Source of the DNA: Escherichia coli
GTDB lineage: Bacteria > Pseudomonadota > Gammaproteobacteria > Enterobacterales > Enterobacteriaceae
NCBI RefSeq assembly: GCF_003790525.1
Contig: NZ_CP033635.1
Strand: one strand, 5' to 3'
DNA length: 64,000 nt
Below, piece by piece: positions 41,118-50,610 of the stretch. The position numbers were made by a program, and so were the translations under genes. Numbering within the stretch: the stretch's first letter is position 1; every line of letters begins with the position of its first letter. The notes under the pieces are model-generated. The model ran no database searches and was not told the origin of the DNA. It saw only the letters and a list, made by a program, of their open reading frames with translations.

Positions 41118-41382
41118 ATGAGCCAAAAGCCTCTGAACAACGCCTGCTGAGTTGCTCAACCTGCGCGTTTAAATCAGCAAAAGACTTTGCGCTTCCGGTC
41201 AGAATATCGTGATGCATCAGGCCGGAAACGAGCTGGCTTAATTTCGGGTAATAACCAACCACCGCCAGCCATTCCTGACCGGCGTTTTTACCGCTTTCAG
41301 CTCTCTTTTTCTCGTGGAGAATAAACTGAAAGCTGTCACTGGTAACGACATAACGTTCGCCAATTTCAATACGAATACTCAT
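41107..41382 (-). CDS. P2 orf83-like small protein
   Basis: 91 aa ORF in the conserved early-operon position, tightly packed with neighbours. Confidence 0.6.
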   Translation of the reverse strand: MSIRIEIGERYVVTSDSFQFILHEKKRAESGKNAGQEWLAVVGYYPKLSQLVSGLMHHDILTGSAKSFADLNAQVEQLSRRCSEAFGSYGR

Positions 41383-41603
41383 GCCGTTCTCCGGTAATGT
41401 TTGTTTTTTGCTTCAAAGACTGACTGACAGGAAACACAACGCGTGGCTGACGGATAAGCCGCACGACGGGCAGCAGGTATTGGCGCGTCACACTCTTCGC
41501 AAACCAGCGCAGAAGCACCGCAATGTTTTACCCTTGCCGCGTTAATCTGGCGCTCCAGTAATTCAGCCTGTTGTTCCTGAATAAAATCTACGTTGTCCGG
41601 CAT
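41379..41603 (-). CDS. TraR/DksA-family zinc-finger protein (P2 orf82-like)
   Basis: 74 aa with four-Cys arrangement CEECDAPIP...CVSCQ. Confidence 0.65.
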   Translation of the reverse strand: MPDNVDFIQEQQAELLERQINAARVKHCGASALVCEECDAPIPAARRAAYPSATRCVSCQSVFEAKNKHYRRTA

Positions 41604-41908
41604 TACCAGTTCCTTTTGTCGTTAAGGTTTTTAAATTCATCAGCGCAATAGCTGGCGATTTCTGTCGTTAATTTCGTCAGTTCATCCACGGAGGAGATTT
41701 GCTTGTGAAACACAGCGCGTTTAACAAGTAAATTGACCACATCAGACAGGAGGTTTAATTCGTTCTGATAAATCGCGATAACAGACTCAGTTATTTCGCG
41801 TTTTTCTTTATCAAGACCAAGTTGAATAAGAGACAAATCGCCATTTTTCATAACGGCGATTTTTAGGGCGTTATTCAGTAATACAACTGAACGAGAACAG
41901 GACATCAA
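41603..41908 (-). CDS. P2 orf81-like small protein
   Basis: 101 aa ORF, positional. Confidence 0.55.
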   Translation of the reverse strand: MMSCSRSVVLLNNALKIAVMKNGDLSLIQLGLDKEKREITESVIAIYQNELNLLSDVVNLLVKRAVFHKQISSVDELTKLTTEIASYCADEFKNLNDKRNW

Positions 41909-42129
41909 AGCACCTCCCCGCGAGACAATCCGATATTGTGAAATTTTTCCGACTCCTGACTGAGCAGCTCGACTATCTCCACGCGGGATAACTCCGCCTT
42001 TGTGATGTGGCGAATCATGGCGTCAAGATGAGAAGAAAAGCGCGTCGCTGCGTCGGCCTGTGCTTCGGTTCTGGCCTGTTGCAGCAGTAATGCGTATTTA
42101 CCGCACTGATTTTCAGAAACTGTATGCAT
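41905..42129 (-). CDS. P2 orf80-like small protein
   Basis: 74 aa ORF, positional. Confidence 0.5.
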   Translation of the reverse strand: MHTVSENQCGKYALLLQQARTEAQADAATRFSSHLDAMIRHITKAELSRVEIVELLSQESEKFHNIGLSRGEVL

Positions 42130-42192
42130 GACTTTCTCCAGGCAAAAAGAAGCCCCGCACGATTAAGTGCGTTAAAAACTCTGGTTAATTAC

Positions 42193-42693
42193 TTAATGCA
42201 GATATTGCTCTGGTTTTACCGACGTCAGAATTGTCGGTGCATACTCAAACAGGCTGAATAATTCACGTAATGCACGGAATAAAGCATCACGCCAGTAACA
42301 TGATTCTTCATTAATTCGCCAGTATGGCTGGTTGAATTCTTTTTCAGTCAGTCGTGCGTGCATAAATAAAGTGCGACGCTGACTGACTGTTAAAAAACTA
42401 ATATATGCATACTCACTTGCGCCAACCTGACGGCGTTTTGAGAATGCGCCACGCAATTCATCAATTGCACAAACCAGTCGTTCACGTTCGACGTCGTTCA
42501 TTTCTTCAAAACGCATCGTTGCGTGACGCTGTTTTAACTGTGCATGAAAGCAAACCGTTAGCCGTTCGCGCTCCATCATCTGATTATAATAATCACATGT
42601 ATCCTGCCAGCGAGGGACGGCAAGATGCTTGCCAATTATCCGGCGCATAGCTGCTGGCTGTTTTTCAACGAGATTAAGCGTCATCACTGTCAT
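42193..42693 (-). CDS. B: Replication protein B (helicase loader)
   Basis: 166 aa, P2 gpB length and position. Confidence 0.8.
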   Translation of the reverse strand: MTVMTLNLVEKQPAAMRRIIGKHLAVPRWQDTCDYYNQMMERERLTVCFHAQLKQRHATMRFEEMNDVERERLVCAIDELRGAFSKRRQVGASEYAYISFLTVSQRRTLFMHARLTEKEFNQPYWRINEESCYWRDALFRALRELFSLFEYAPTILTSVKPEQYLH

Positions 42694-42887
42694 TTCCAGC
42701 CCCTCCGGCTTTTCAGAAAGGTCAGAGCCTTTTTTAACGGACTCTGTTTTTTGGTGCGGATAATGATTCCCTTACGCCCCTTACCGTGGGTGATGGTGAA
42801 GTCAATCGCCCTGGGGCTTTCGTTACGCAGTAACTGAGCAATACAACGCGGTTCACTCATAATCACAACCCCATCCACAAAAGCCAT
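42690..42887 (-). CDS. P2 orf78-like small protein
   Basis: 65 aa ORF between cox and B. Confidence 0.5.
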   Translation of the reverse strand: MAFVDGVVIMSEPRCIAQLLRNESPRAIDFTITHGKGRKGIIIRTKKQSPLKKALTFLKSRRGWK

Positions 42888-43135
42888 GCATCACGCTGTT
42901 CAACTGGTCGGTTATAAAACGCCTCTCGTACAGCGCGATTAAACTCTGGAATGAAAACCCACTTCTCACCGACACGAGCGTTCGGCTTACTTGGATCACG
43001 AAGCTCAATAACTGGCAACTTATTCTCTTTTACCATCTTGACTACAGCCGTTTCTGGCTTACCAAGTAACTCTGCAAACTTAACCGTATGTACCGCATCA
43101 ATCGGGTACTGAATCACATAGTCATTGACTTCCAT
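42863..43135 (-). CDS. cox: Cox-like excisionase / early-promoter repressor
   Basis: 90 aa; first gene of the early operon, divergent from C; P2 Cox is about 91 aa. Confidence 0.7.
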   Translation of the reverse strand: MEVNDYVIQYPIDAVHTVKFAELLGKPETAVVKMVKENKLPVIELRDPSKPNARVGEKWVFIPEFNRAVREAFYNRPVEQRDAWLLWMGL

Positions 43136-43287
43136 TGATTAGCCCTTTTTGCTTTCGTGTTACCCTTATTAGATCCAGTCCCTTCTAGGTCGCACCTGTC
43201 CTTTCTAGGGACTGGCTAACACACTCAAAAGGTCACCAATACACAACCTTTTGACGGGAATATAAGTCACCAATAGGTTACTGTCAA
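43136..43287. promoter_or_regulatory. Immunity switch region (divergent C and cox promoters with operator repeats)
   Basis: Intergenic region between divergent C and cox; direct repeats ccagtcccttctagg (43175..43189) and cctgtcctttctaggg (43195..43210). Confidence 0.6.
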
Positions 43288-43581
43288 ATGCAGACATTCG
43301 AAAAACTGAAAGCGATTAGGAAAGCAGAAGGCTTAACACAGGCGAAATTCAGCGAAATTAGCGGGATAGCTCTAGGAACAGTCAAAAATTACGAAAGTGG
43401 GCATAAAGACCCTGGTCTCAGCATCGTTATGCGAGTCACAAATACGCCTTTATTTAAAAAATATACGCTCTGGTTAATGACTGGTGATACGTCACCACAA
43501 GCTGGTCAGATCGCGCCGGCTCTCGCACACATTGGGCAAAAACCAACAGAATCAGACCACTCCGAAAAACAGACTGGTTAA
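43288..43581 (+). CDS. C: Immunity repressor C (HTH)
   Basis: 97 aa, MQTFEKLKAIRKAEGLTQAKFSEISGIALGTVKNYESG...; HTH_XRE-like. Confidence 0.8.
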   Translation: MQTFEKLKAIRKAEGLTQAKFSEISGIALGTVKNYESGHKDPGLSIVMRVTNTPLFKKYTLWLMTGDTSPQAGQIAPALAHIGQKPTESDHSEKQTG

Positions 43582-43650
43582 CACTCTATAAACATTACAT
43601 TTTCACCATTTGTTACCAAGATGGTGAATACAGCGTCAGAGGGCTTTCTT

Positions 43651-44631
43651 ATGTCAATTAAGAAGCTCGATGATGGACGCTATGAAGTGGACATTAGACC
43701 TCGCGGTCGCGACGGAAAACGCATCCGCAGGAAATTTGAAAGAAAAGCTGAGGCTGTAGCATTTGAGCGATACACAATCGCCTACGCCAGCCAGAAAGAA
43801 TGGGCAGGTCAGCGAGCAGATCGCAGAACTTTGAGTGAGTTGCTGAACATCTGGTGGAAATATCACGGGCAAAACCACGAGCATGGAACAAAAGAGTTTA
43901 ATCATCTGCTCAAAACCATCAGCGGCATAGGTGATATACCAGTGAGCCGGATGAGCAAAAGAGCTTTGATGGATTATCGTTCCATGCGACTACGTGATGG
44001 TATCAGTGCCGCAACGATAAACCGTGACATGTACCGATTATCCGGCATGTTCACAAAATTAATTCAATTGGATGAATTTTCCGGGCAACACCCAATTCAC
44101 GGACTGCCGCCACTGGCGGAGGCCAACCCTGAAATGACGTTCCTGGAAAAAGCAGAAATCGAAAAACTGTTAAATGTTTTGGATGGTGATGACTTACTTG
44201 TCGCACTTTTATGTCTGAGCACTGGAGGAAGATGGACGGAAGTTGCCACGCTAAAACCAGCACAGATTACAAATTGCAGGGTTACCTTCCTGAAAACCAA
44301 AAACGGTAAAAAGCGAACCGTGCCGATTTCTGAGGAACTGGAGAAAAAAGTTAAAGAGGAGGCCAGCGCTAAATTATTCAAAGTTGATTATGAGAAGTTT
44401 TGCGGGATTTTACGCAGAGTGAAGCCAGATATACCACCCAATCAGGCAACCCACATCCTGCGGCATACATTCGCAAGCCATTTCATGATGAATGGGGGCA
44501 ATATAATCGCACTGCAACAGATTCTGGGACATGCGAGCATTCAGCAGACGATGGCCTATGCGCACCTTGCGCCTGACTACCTGCAAAATGCCGTCGCGCT
44601 GAATCCTCTAAAAGGCGGAGTGACGTTATAA
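43651..44631 (+). CDS. int: Tyrosine integrase
   Basis: 326 aa from MSIKKLDDGRYEVDIRPRGRDGKRIRRKF...; C-terminal catalytic region ...HILRHTFASHFMMNGGNIIALQQILGHASIQQTMAYAHL; ORF-track start at 43621 is a 10-codon extension. Confidence 0.85.
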   Translation: MSIKKLDDGRYEVDIRPRGRDGKRIRRKFERKAEAVAFERYTIAYASQKEWAGQRADRRTLSELLNIWWKYHGQNHEHGTKEFNHLLKTISGIGDIPVSRMSKRALMDYRSMRLRDGISAATINRDMYRLSGMFTKLIQLDEFSGQHPIHGLPPLAEANPEMTFLEKAEIEKLLNVLDGDDLLVALLCLSTGGRWTEVATLKPAQITNCRVTFLKTKNGKKRTVPISEELEKKVKEEASAKLFKVDYEKFCGILRRVKPDIPPNQATHILRHTFASHFMMNGGNIIALQQILGHASIQQTMAYAHLAPDYLQNAVALNPLKGGVTL

Positions 44632-44645
44632 ATTTCCCTTCTGAG

Positions 44646-44664
44646 TGTCCACATAGTGTCCACA
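44646..44664. promoter_or_regulatory. Putative integrase arm-type binding sites, right arm
   Basis: tgtccacatagtgtccaca, matching the left-arm copy at 9841..9860. Confidence 0.5.
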
Positions 44665-44746
44665 CTCTCAGAACTTTGTAGCCCTTCCAGTCCCTTATAG
44701 GTTTTCTTAAGTTACTGTTTTCTTACGGAAACCGATGTAAGTGATT

Positions 44747-44793
44747 GATAAAAAAAACCCCCACATCATGTGGGGGAAGACAGGGATGGTGTC
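44747..44793. repeat. attR core, identical to attL; carries the cpxP/CpxQ terminator hairpin
   Basis: 47-bp identity with 9746..9792; contains cccccacat-c-atgtggggg next to an A/T run. Confidence 0.85.
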
Positions 44794-44812
44794 TATGGCA
44801 AGGAAAACAGGG
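44750..44812 (-). ncRNA. cpxQ: CpxQ sRNA (processed cpxP 3'UTR) with intrinsic terminator
   Basis: Minus-strand sequence ...uuuuccuugccauagacaccaucccugucuucccccacaugaugugggggUUUUUUUU immediately downstream of the cpxP stop; matches CpxQ as recalled. The 5' end is approximate. Confidence 0.6.
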
Positions 44813-44816
44813 TTTA

Positions 44817-45317
44817 CTACTGGGAACGTGAGTTGCTACTACTCAATAGCTTCAACGATGAACTTTTTTGCCATTGCGTCACGTCGCGCAACTGCTCCAT
44901 TCGTTGTTGATGTTTCTCGTTTAAAACCGCTTGCTGCTCCGGCGTTAACAGGCGATACATTTGGTTGCGGACTTTTGCCATCTCAACCTGACGAGCAATT
45001 TGCTCATTCGCCATTTTTTCTGCCTGTGCGCGCACAGCGTTTTCATCAAAATTTTCTGCGGTGACAAGGCGATGCATTGTCTCCAGTTCGCTAACATTAA
45101 CAGGAGGCTGTTCGTGCCGGGCCTGTTGCATAAGATCTCGCATCTGCTGACGCTGATGTTCGGTTAAACTTATGCCGTCGAACATATGGCTCTGCGTACT
45201 GCGCTGCGTAAGTTCTTCACCCGGATGCCAGTTATCGCCTGAACCGACTTCAGCAGCGTGGCTTAATGAACTGACTGCCAGCGTTGAGGCCATGACGGCA
45301 GCGGTAACTATGCGCAT
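44817..45317 (-). CDS. cpxP: Periplasmic stress adaptor/inhibitor CpxP
   Basis: 166 aa, [34 protein letters not shown]...; LTXXQ motifs. Confidence 0.9.
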
Positions 45318-45396
45318 CATTTGCTCCCAAAATCTTTCTGTCGCGATTCAACGATAGAGAGTTTACGATTCAGGCTGCAAACATGCGTCAGGGGGT

Positions 45397-45411
45397 GTAA
45401 AACAACGTAAA
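45397..45411. promoter_or_regulatory. CpxR box in the divergent cpxP-cpxRA promoter region
   Basis: Perfect GTAAA-N5-GTAAA (gtaaaacaacgtaaa). Confidence 0.7.
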
Positions 45412-45466
45412 GTCATGGATTAGCGACGTCTGATGACGTAATTTCTGCCTCGGAGGTATTTAAACA

Positions 45467-46165
45467 ATGAATAAAATCCTGTTAGTTGATGATGACCGAG
45501 AGCTGACTTCCCTATTAAAGGAGCTGCTCGAGATGGAAGGCTTCAACGTGATTGTTGCCCACGATGGGGAACAGGCGCTTGATCTTCTGGACGACAGCAT
45601 TGATTTACTTTTGCTTGATGTAATGATGCCGAAGAAAAATGGTATCGACACATTAAAAGCACTTCGCCAGACACACCAGACGCCTGTCATTATGTTGACG
45701 GCGCGCGGCAGTGAACTTGATCGCGTTCTCGGCCTTGAGCTGGGCGCAGATGACTATCTCCCGAAACCGTTTAATGATCGTGAGCTGGTGGCACGTATTC
45801 GCGCGATCCTGCGCCGTTCGCACTGGAGCGAGCAACAGCAAAACAACGACAACGGTTCACCGACACTGGAAGTTGATGCCTTAGTGCTGAATCCAGGCCG
45901 TCAGGAAGCCAGCTTCGACGGGCAAACGCTGGAGTTAACCGGCACTGAGTTTACCCTGCTCTATTTGCTGGCACAGCATCTGGGTCAGGTGGTTTCCCGT
46001 GAGCATTTAAGCCAGGAAGTGCTGGGCAAACGCCTGACGCCTTTCGACCGCGCTATTGATATGCACATTTCCAACCTGCGTCGTAAACTGCCGGATCGTA
46101 AAGATGGTCATCCGTGGTTTAAAACCTTGCGTGGTCGCGGCTATCTGATGGTTTCTGCTTCATGA
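45467..46165 (+). CDS. cpxR: Envelope-stress response regulator (OmpR family)
   Basis: 232 aa, MNKILLVDDDRELTSLLKELLEMEGFNV... Confidence 0.95.
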   Translation: MNKILLVDDDRELTSLLKELLEMEGFNVIVAHDGEQALDLLDDSIDLLLLDVMMPKKNGIDTLKALRQTHQTPVIMLTARGSELDRVLGLELGADDYLPKPFNDRELVARIRAILRRSHWSEQQQNNDNGSPTLEVDALVLNPGRQEASFDGQTLELTGTEFTLLYLLAQHLGQVVSREHLSQEVLGKRLTPFDRAIDMHISNLRRKLPDRKDGHPWFKTLRGRGYLMVSAS

Positions 46166-47535
46166 TAGGCAGCTTAACCGCGCGCATCTTCGCCATCTTC
46201 TGGCTGACGCTGGCGCTGGTGTTGATGTTGGTTTTGATGTTACCCAAGCTCGATTCACGCCAGATGACCGAGCTTCTGGATAGCGAACAGCGTCAGGGTC
46301 TGATGATTGAGCAGCATGTCGAAGCGGAGCTGGCGAACGATCCGCCCAACGATTTAATGTGGTGGCGGCGTCTGTTCCGGGCGATTGATAAGTGGGCACC
46401 GCCAGGACAGCGTTTGTTATTGGTGACCACCGAAGGCCGCGTGATCGGCGCTGAACGCAGCGAAATGCAGATCATTCGTAACTTTATTGGTCAGGCCGAT
46501 AACGCCGATCATCCGCAGAAGAAAAAGTATGGCCGCGTGGAACTGGTCGGTCCGTTCTCCGTGCGTGATGGCGAAGATAATTACCAACTTTATCTGATTC
46601 GTCCGGCCAGCAGTTCTCAATCCGATTTCATTAACTTACTGTTTGACCGCCCGCTATTACTGCTGATTGTCACCATGTTGGTCAGTACGCCGCTGCTGTT
46701 GTGGTTGGCCTGGAGTCTGGCAAAACCGGCGCGTAAGCTGAAAAACGCTGCCGATGAAGTTGCCCAGGGAAACTTACGCCAGCACCCGGAACTTGAAGCG
46801 GGGCCACAGGAATTCCTTGCCGCTGGTGCCAGTTTTAACCAGATGGTCACCGCGCTGGAGCGCATGATGACCTCTCAGCAGCGTCTGCTTTCTGATATCT
46901 CTCACGAGCTGCGCACCCCGCTGACGCGTCTGCAACTGGGTACGGCGTTACTGCGCCGTCGTAGCGGTGAAAGCAAAGAACTGGAGCGTATTGAAACCGA
47001 AGCGCAACGTCTGGACAGCATGATTAACGACCTGTTGGTGATGTCACGTAATCAGCAGAAAAACGCACTGGTTAGCGAGACCATCAAAGCCAATCAGTTG
47101 TGGAGTGAAGTGCTGGATAACGCGGCGTTCGAAGCCGAGCAAATGGGCAAGTCGTTGACAGTTAACTTCCCGCCTGGGCCGTGGCCGCTGTACGGCAATC
47201 CGAACGCCCTGGAAAGTGCGCTGGAAAACATTGTTCGTAATGCCCTGCGTTATTCCCATACGAAGATTGAAGTGGGCTTTGCGGTAGATAAAGACGGTAT
47301 CACCATTACGGTGGACGACGATGGTCCTGGTGTTAGCCCGGAAGATCGCGAACAGATTTTCCGTCCGTTCTATCGTACCGATGAAGCACGCGATCGTGAA
47401 TCTGGCGGTACAGGTTTGGGGCTGGCGATTGTTGAAACCGCCATCCAGCAGCACCGTGGCTGGGTTAAAGCGGAAGACAGTCCGCTTGGCGGTTTACGGC
47501 TGGTGATTTGGTTGCCGCTGTATAAGCGGAGTTAA
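46162..47535 (+). CDS. cpxA: Envelope-stress sensor histidine kinase
   Basis: 457 aa; start overlaps cpxR stop; HAMP and HisKA/HATPase motifs (SHELRTPLTRL). Confidence 0.95.
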   Translation: MIGSLTARIFAIFWLTLALVLMLVLMLPKLDSRQMTELLDSEQRQGLMIEQHVEAELANDPPNDLMWWRRLFRAIDKWAPPGQRLLLVTTEGRVIGAERSEMQIIRNFIGQADNADHPQKKKYGRVELVGPFSVRDGEDNYQLYLIRPASSSQSDFINLLFDRPLLLLIVTMLVSTPLLLWLAWSLAKPARKLKNAADEVAQGNLRQHPELEAGPQEFLAAGASFNQMVTALERMMTSQQRLLSDISHELRTPLTRLQLGTALLRRRSGESKELERIETEAQRLDSMINDLLVMSRNQQKNALVSETIKANQLWSEVLDNAAFEAEQMGKSLTVNFPPGPWPLYGNPNALESALENIVRNALRYSHTKIEVGFAVDKDGITITVDDDGPGVSPEDREQIFRPFYRTDEARDRESGGTGLGLAIVETAIQQHRGWVKAEDSPLGGLRLVIWLPLYKRS

Positions 47536-47545
47536 ACTCCGCATT

Positions 47546-47636
47546 GTAGGCAGGATAAGGCGTTTACGCCGCATCCGGCATTTGAGCAGGATGCCTGATG
47601 CGACGCTGATAGCGTCTTATCAGGCCTACACTCCGG
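47546..47636. repeat. REP/BIME elements after cpxA
   Basis: gtaggcaggataaggcgtttacgccgcatccggca and gatgcctgatgcgacgctgatagcgtcttatcaggcctac. Confidence 0.7.
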
Positions 47637-47639
47637 GGG

Positions 47640-48314
47640 TTATTTTCCCCACAACCGGCGGGAAAAATCTTCGATCTTGCCGCTCAGTCGGCGCTTTTGC
47701 ATCGTCCGCGTCCAGCTTTTCGATAACCCGGCGGCGGAGAGTAAACGGTGATACTGATCGTCATCAAACGGCATATGCCATGCGATGGCGGCAGCCTCCT
47801 GCACGGTCACATCACTGACACGGGAAACCAACTCCAGTGGCGCATCAGCAGATACCAACCCTGGTGCAATTACGCTATACAACCACCCCACTTTACCCGT
47901 GTTTTGCATCAACTGCGCTATGTCGCTGATATCAAAATGGTAATTGAGTTTATAGCAAGGCGAGCGCGGCTGGCTGACCTGAATTAATGCCTCTCCCCAG
48001 CGGAAAATATCGCCCATATAAACATTACTTTCCGTCAGACCGTCGGTTGAGAGATTTTCACCAAACGCAGGCGCAACAAACAACTCCGCCTGTTCCGGAA
48101 ATTCCCGCGCCCAGTAGAGATAGTGCTCACGAGGATAATGACAAAGCGCTCTGTCTGGCCCGCCGTGAACCATTTTCTCCGCCTGCTCGTCACCTTCCAG
48201 CCCCAGCTCCGTCAGCATCAACTCACCATCAACCTGGATTTTGGCAATTGCGCTGGGTTTGCCTTCGGGATAAGCCTGAATCTTGCCTGTGTATACATCA
48301 ACCGGATATCGCAT
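47640..48314 (-). CDS. yiiM: MOSC-domain protein YiiM
   Basis: 224 aa from MRYPVDVYTGKIQAYPEGKPSAIAKIQVDG... Confidence 0.85.
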   Translation of the reverse strand: MRYPVDVYTGKIQAYPEGKPSAIAKIQVDGELMLTELGLEGDEQAEKMVHGGPDRALCHYPREHYLYWAREFPEQAELFVAPAFGENLSTDGLTESNVYMGDIFRWGEALIQVSQPRSPCYKLNYHFDISDIAQLMQNTGKVGWLYSVIAPGLVSADAPLELVSRVSDVTVQEAAAIAWHMPFDDDQYHRLLSAAGLSKSWTRTMQKRRLSGKIEDFSRRLWGK

Positions 48315-48462
48315 CTGTTCCCTCTCCACGAGAAATTTCCCCATTAGACCATATTTATTTTATGTCAGGCGTGCTGTTTTCGCGGTATGTATCCAGGCAG
48401 GAGCTCAATAGCAAACCGGACGAACGTTAGTTCATCCGGCTGTGGGGATTAAGGAAGCAGGT

Positions 48463-49446
48463 TTATTTCACCGTACCTAAAATTTCGATTTTCGCCGCTC
48501 TGGCTTTGACTTTACGTGACCAGATAGAGGTAAGAATTGGCACCAGAATCGAAGTCACAATGACCGCCGTCGCTACCAGCGAAGTTGCTGCCGGAGCCAT
48601 CGGTTTAAACGCAGGCACCATTTCTGCAATCAGCACAGGTGTCGCTACCGCGGCCCCTGCGGAACTGGAAGCGGCAATTCCGGCAGTGCCATCGCCACCG
48701 CCAATCAATTTATCAGCGATAATCAACGGAATACCGGTCACGATAATTACTGCCACACCCAACAGGATCCCCAGCAAACCTGTCTGGGCAATTACAGTCA
48801 AATCAATGGTATTGCCCAGCGCGAAGGCAAAGAATGGAATCAGCGTCTGCACCGCTTTGCTGAAAAATTCTCGTAATTCAGGGTCAAGGTTCCCAAGGGC
48901 AAAGCCCACCAGGAACGGTAATACTGCGCCGACGAAAACATGCGGTTCAAACGAGGCAATCCCGGCAGTGCCCAGAATAATCATCGTCATGAGCGGCCCG
49001 GACTCCAATGACATCAACACAAATGCCCCAGCTTCTTCTTTTGTGCCGTACTGCTGCATGATGGAAGCGTAAAGTCCGCCGTTGGTCATATCCATCGCCG
49101 CCACCAGCGCCAGCGTTGAAAGTCCGGCAAAGAATCCAACTTCAACACCATGTTCCGGAATAATGCGCGAGGCAATCGCCGCAACCACCCACGCGACGGC
49201 AATTTTTGTTACCACCAGCGTGCCGGATTTACGCAATACCGTTCCCGTCGCGCTTAATTTTATTGACGCCCCCATGCAAAAAAACCACACCGCCAGAATG
49301 GGCACCGTACCGGTAATCATCCCGTTGGTGAATGATCCAAAATATTTCCCCGCCCCCGGCGAGAAGGTGTGGCACAGTGCGCCAAGGAATAGCGGGACGA
49401 GCATCATCCCCCCCGGGATTTTCTCAATCGAGCGTTTTATCTGCAT
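48463..49446 (-). CDS. kdgT: 2-keto-3-deoxygluconate permease
   Basis: 327 aa from [26 protein letters not shown]...; polytopic membrane protein. Confidence 0.9.
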
Positions 49447-49628
49447 TTCCATCACCTGTCGGCATATTTTTAAGGGCTGATGCGTCATTCCTCAACGGAG
49501 CATCAGTGTTGATGGAAACGAAGATAGACATTCATTTGATCAATAAAAGTGATCAAAACCACACCATTTGAAATACTGTTTTATTTTTATCGGATCATTG
49601 TTTTTATTTTGAAATTGATCACAAAAAA

Positions 49629-49649
49629 ACCACCGCCGTTGGCGATGGT
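49629..49649. terminator. Hairpin terminator downstream of sodA
   Basis: accaccgccgttggcgatggt flanked by an A-run and a T-run. Confidence 0.6.
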
Positions 49650-49705
49650 TCATTTTTTAAGCTGCAATGCGGCGTAAACGCCTCATTGCAGCAGGCAGCA
49701 AATGA

Positions 49706-50326
49706 TTATTTTTTCGCCGCGAAACGTGCCGCTGCTTCGTCCCAGTTCACCACGTTCCAGAACTCTTTGATGTAGTCCGGACGGCGGTTCTGGAATTTCA
49801 GGTAGTAAGCATGTTCCCACACATCCAGGCCCACAATCGGGAAGCCGGAAGCGCCAGAAATAGCTTCACCCATCAGCGGGGAGTCCTGGTTAGCAGTAGA
49901 AACCACCGCCAGTTTATCGCCTTTCAGCACCAGCCATGCCCAGCCGGAACCAAAGCGGGAAGCTGCCGCTTTCTCAAATTCTGCTTTGAAGTTATCAACG
50001 GAGCCGAAGTCACGTTCGATAGCCGCTTTCAGGTCACCCTGTAAGGTGGTGCCTTTTTTCAGACCTTTCCAGAACAGGCTGTGGTTAGCGTGACCGCCAG
50101 CGTTGTTGCGCAGTACGGTTTTCTTGTCTGCTGGCAGCTGGTCCAGTTTGGTGATCAGCTCTTCAACCGGCAGGTTAGCGAATTCTGGCAGGCTTTCCAG
50201 CGCCGCGTTGGCGTTGTTGACGTAGGTCTGATGGTGTTTGGTGTGGTGGATTTCCATGGTCTGCTTATCGAAGTGCGGTTCCAGGGCATCGTAAGCATAC
50301 GGCAGGGATGGCAGGGTATAGCTCAT
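49706..50326 (-). CDS. sodA: Manganese superoxide dismutase
   Basis: 206 aa from [35 protein letters not shown]... Confidence 0.95.
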   Translation of the reverse strand: MSYTLPSLPYAYDALEPHFDKQTMEIHHTKHHQTYVNNANAALESLPEFANLPVEELITKLDQLPADKKTVLRNNAGGHANHSLFWKGLKKGTTLQGDLKAAIERDFGSVDNFKAEFEKAAASRFGSGWAWLVLKGDKLAVVSTANQDSPLMGEAISGASGFPIVGLDVWEHAYYLKFQNRRPDYIKEFWNVVNWDEAAARFAAKK

Positions 50327-50610
50327 ATTCATCTCCAGTATTGTCGGGCGGCCGATTGTTAATGCCGCGTAAGCAGTTGGTTCATTATAGTTAATTAAAT
50401 GATATTGAAAATGATTATCAATGCCGTACTTTTCGTAAGGGTATGGTTTTGCAGGAAAATGCCCAAGATGTGAAGCAAATCACCCACTTAATGCCGTGAT
50501 TGCCAGTAAATCGGCAGCGGCGGCAACAGGCGAAAGGTTAATCGACAGCACGATTTTTACACTCATCTCGTCGGAGATGTGACGCGACGAAAAATGATGA
50601 GGATAAGAAG

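Larger units (their letters stand above)
9746..44793. mobile_element. P2-like prophage (Peduovirus-type myovirus), apparently complete, about 35 kb including an IS4 insertion
   Basis: Flanked by a 47-bp direct repeat (9746..9792 and 44747..44793); contains the full P2 gene order with near-identical product lengths, a cos site and an integrase adjacent to attR. Confidence 0.9.

Noticed and set aside
9746-44793. tRNA gene as the integration target
   Set aside because: No tRNA-like sequence is adjacent to either att core; the core corresponds to the cpxP 3'UTR terminator.
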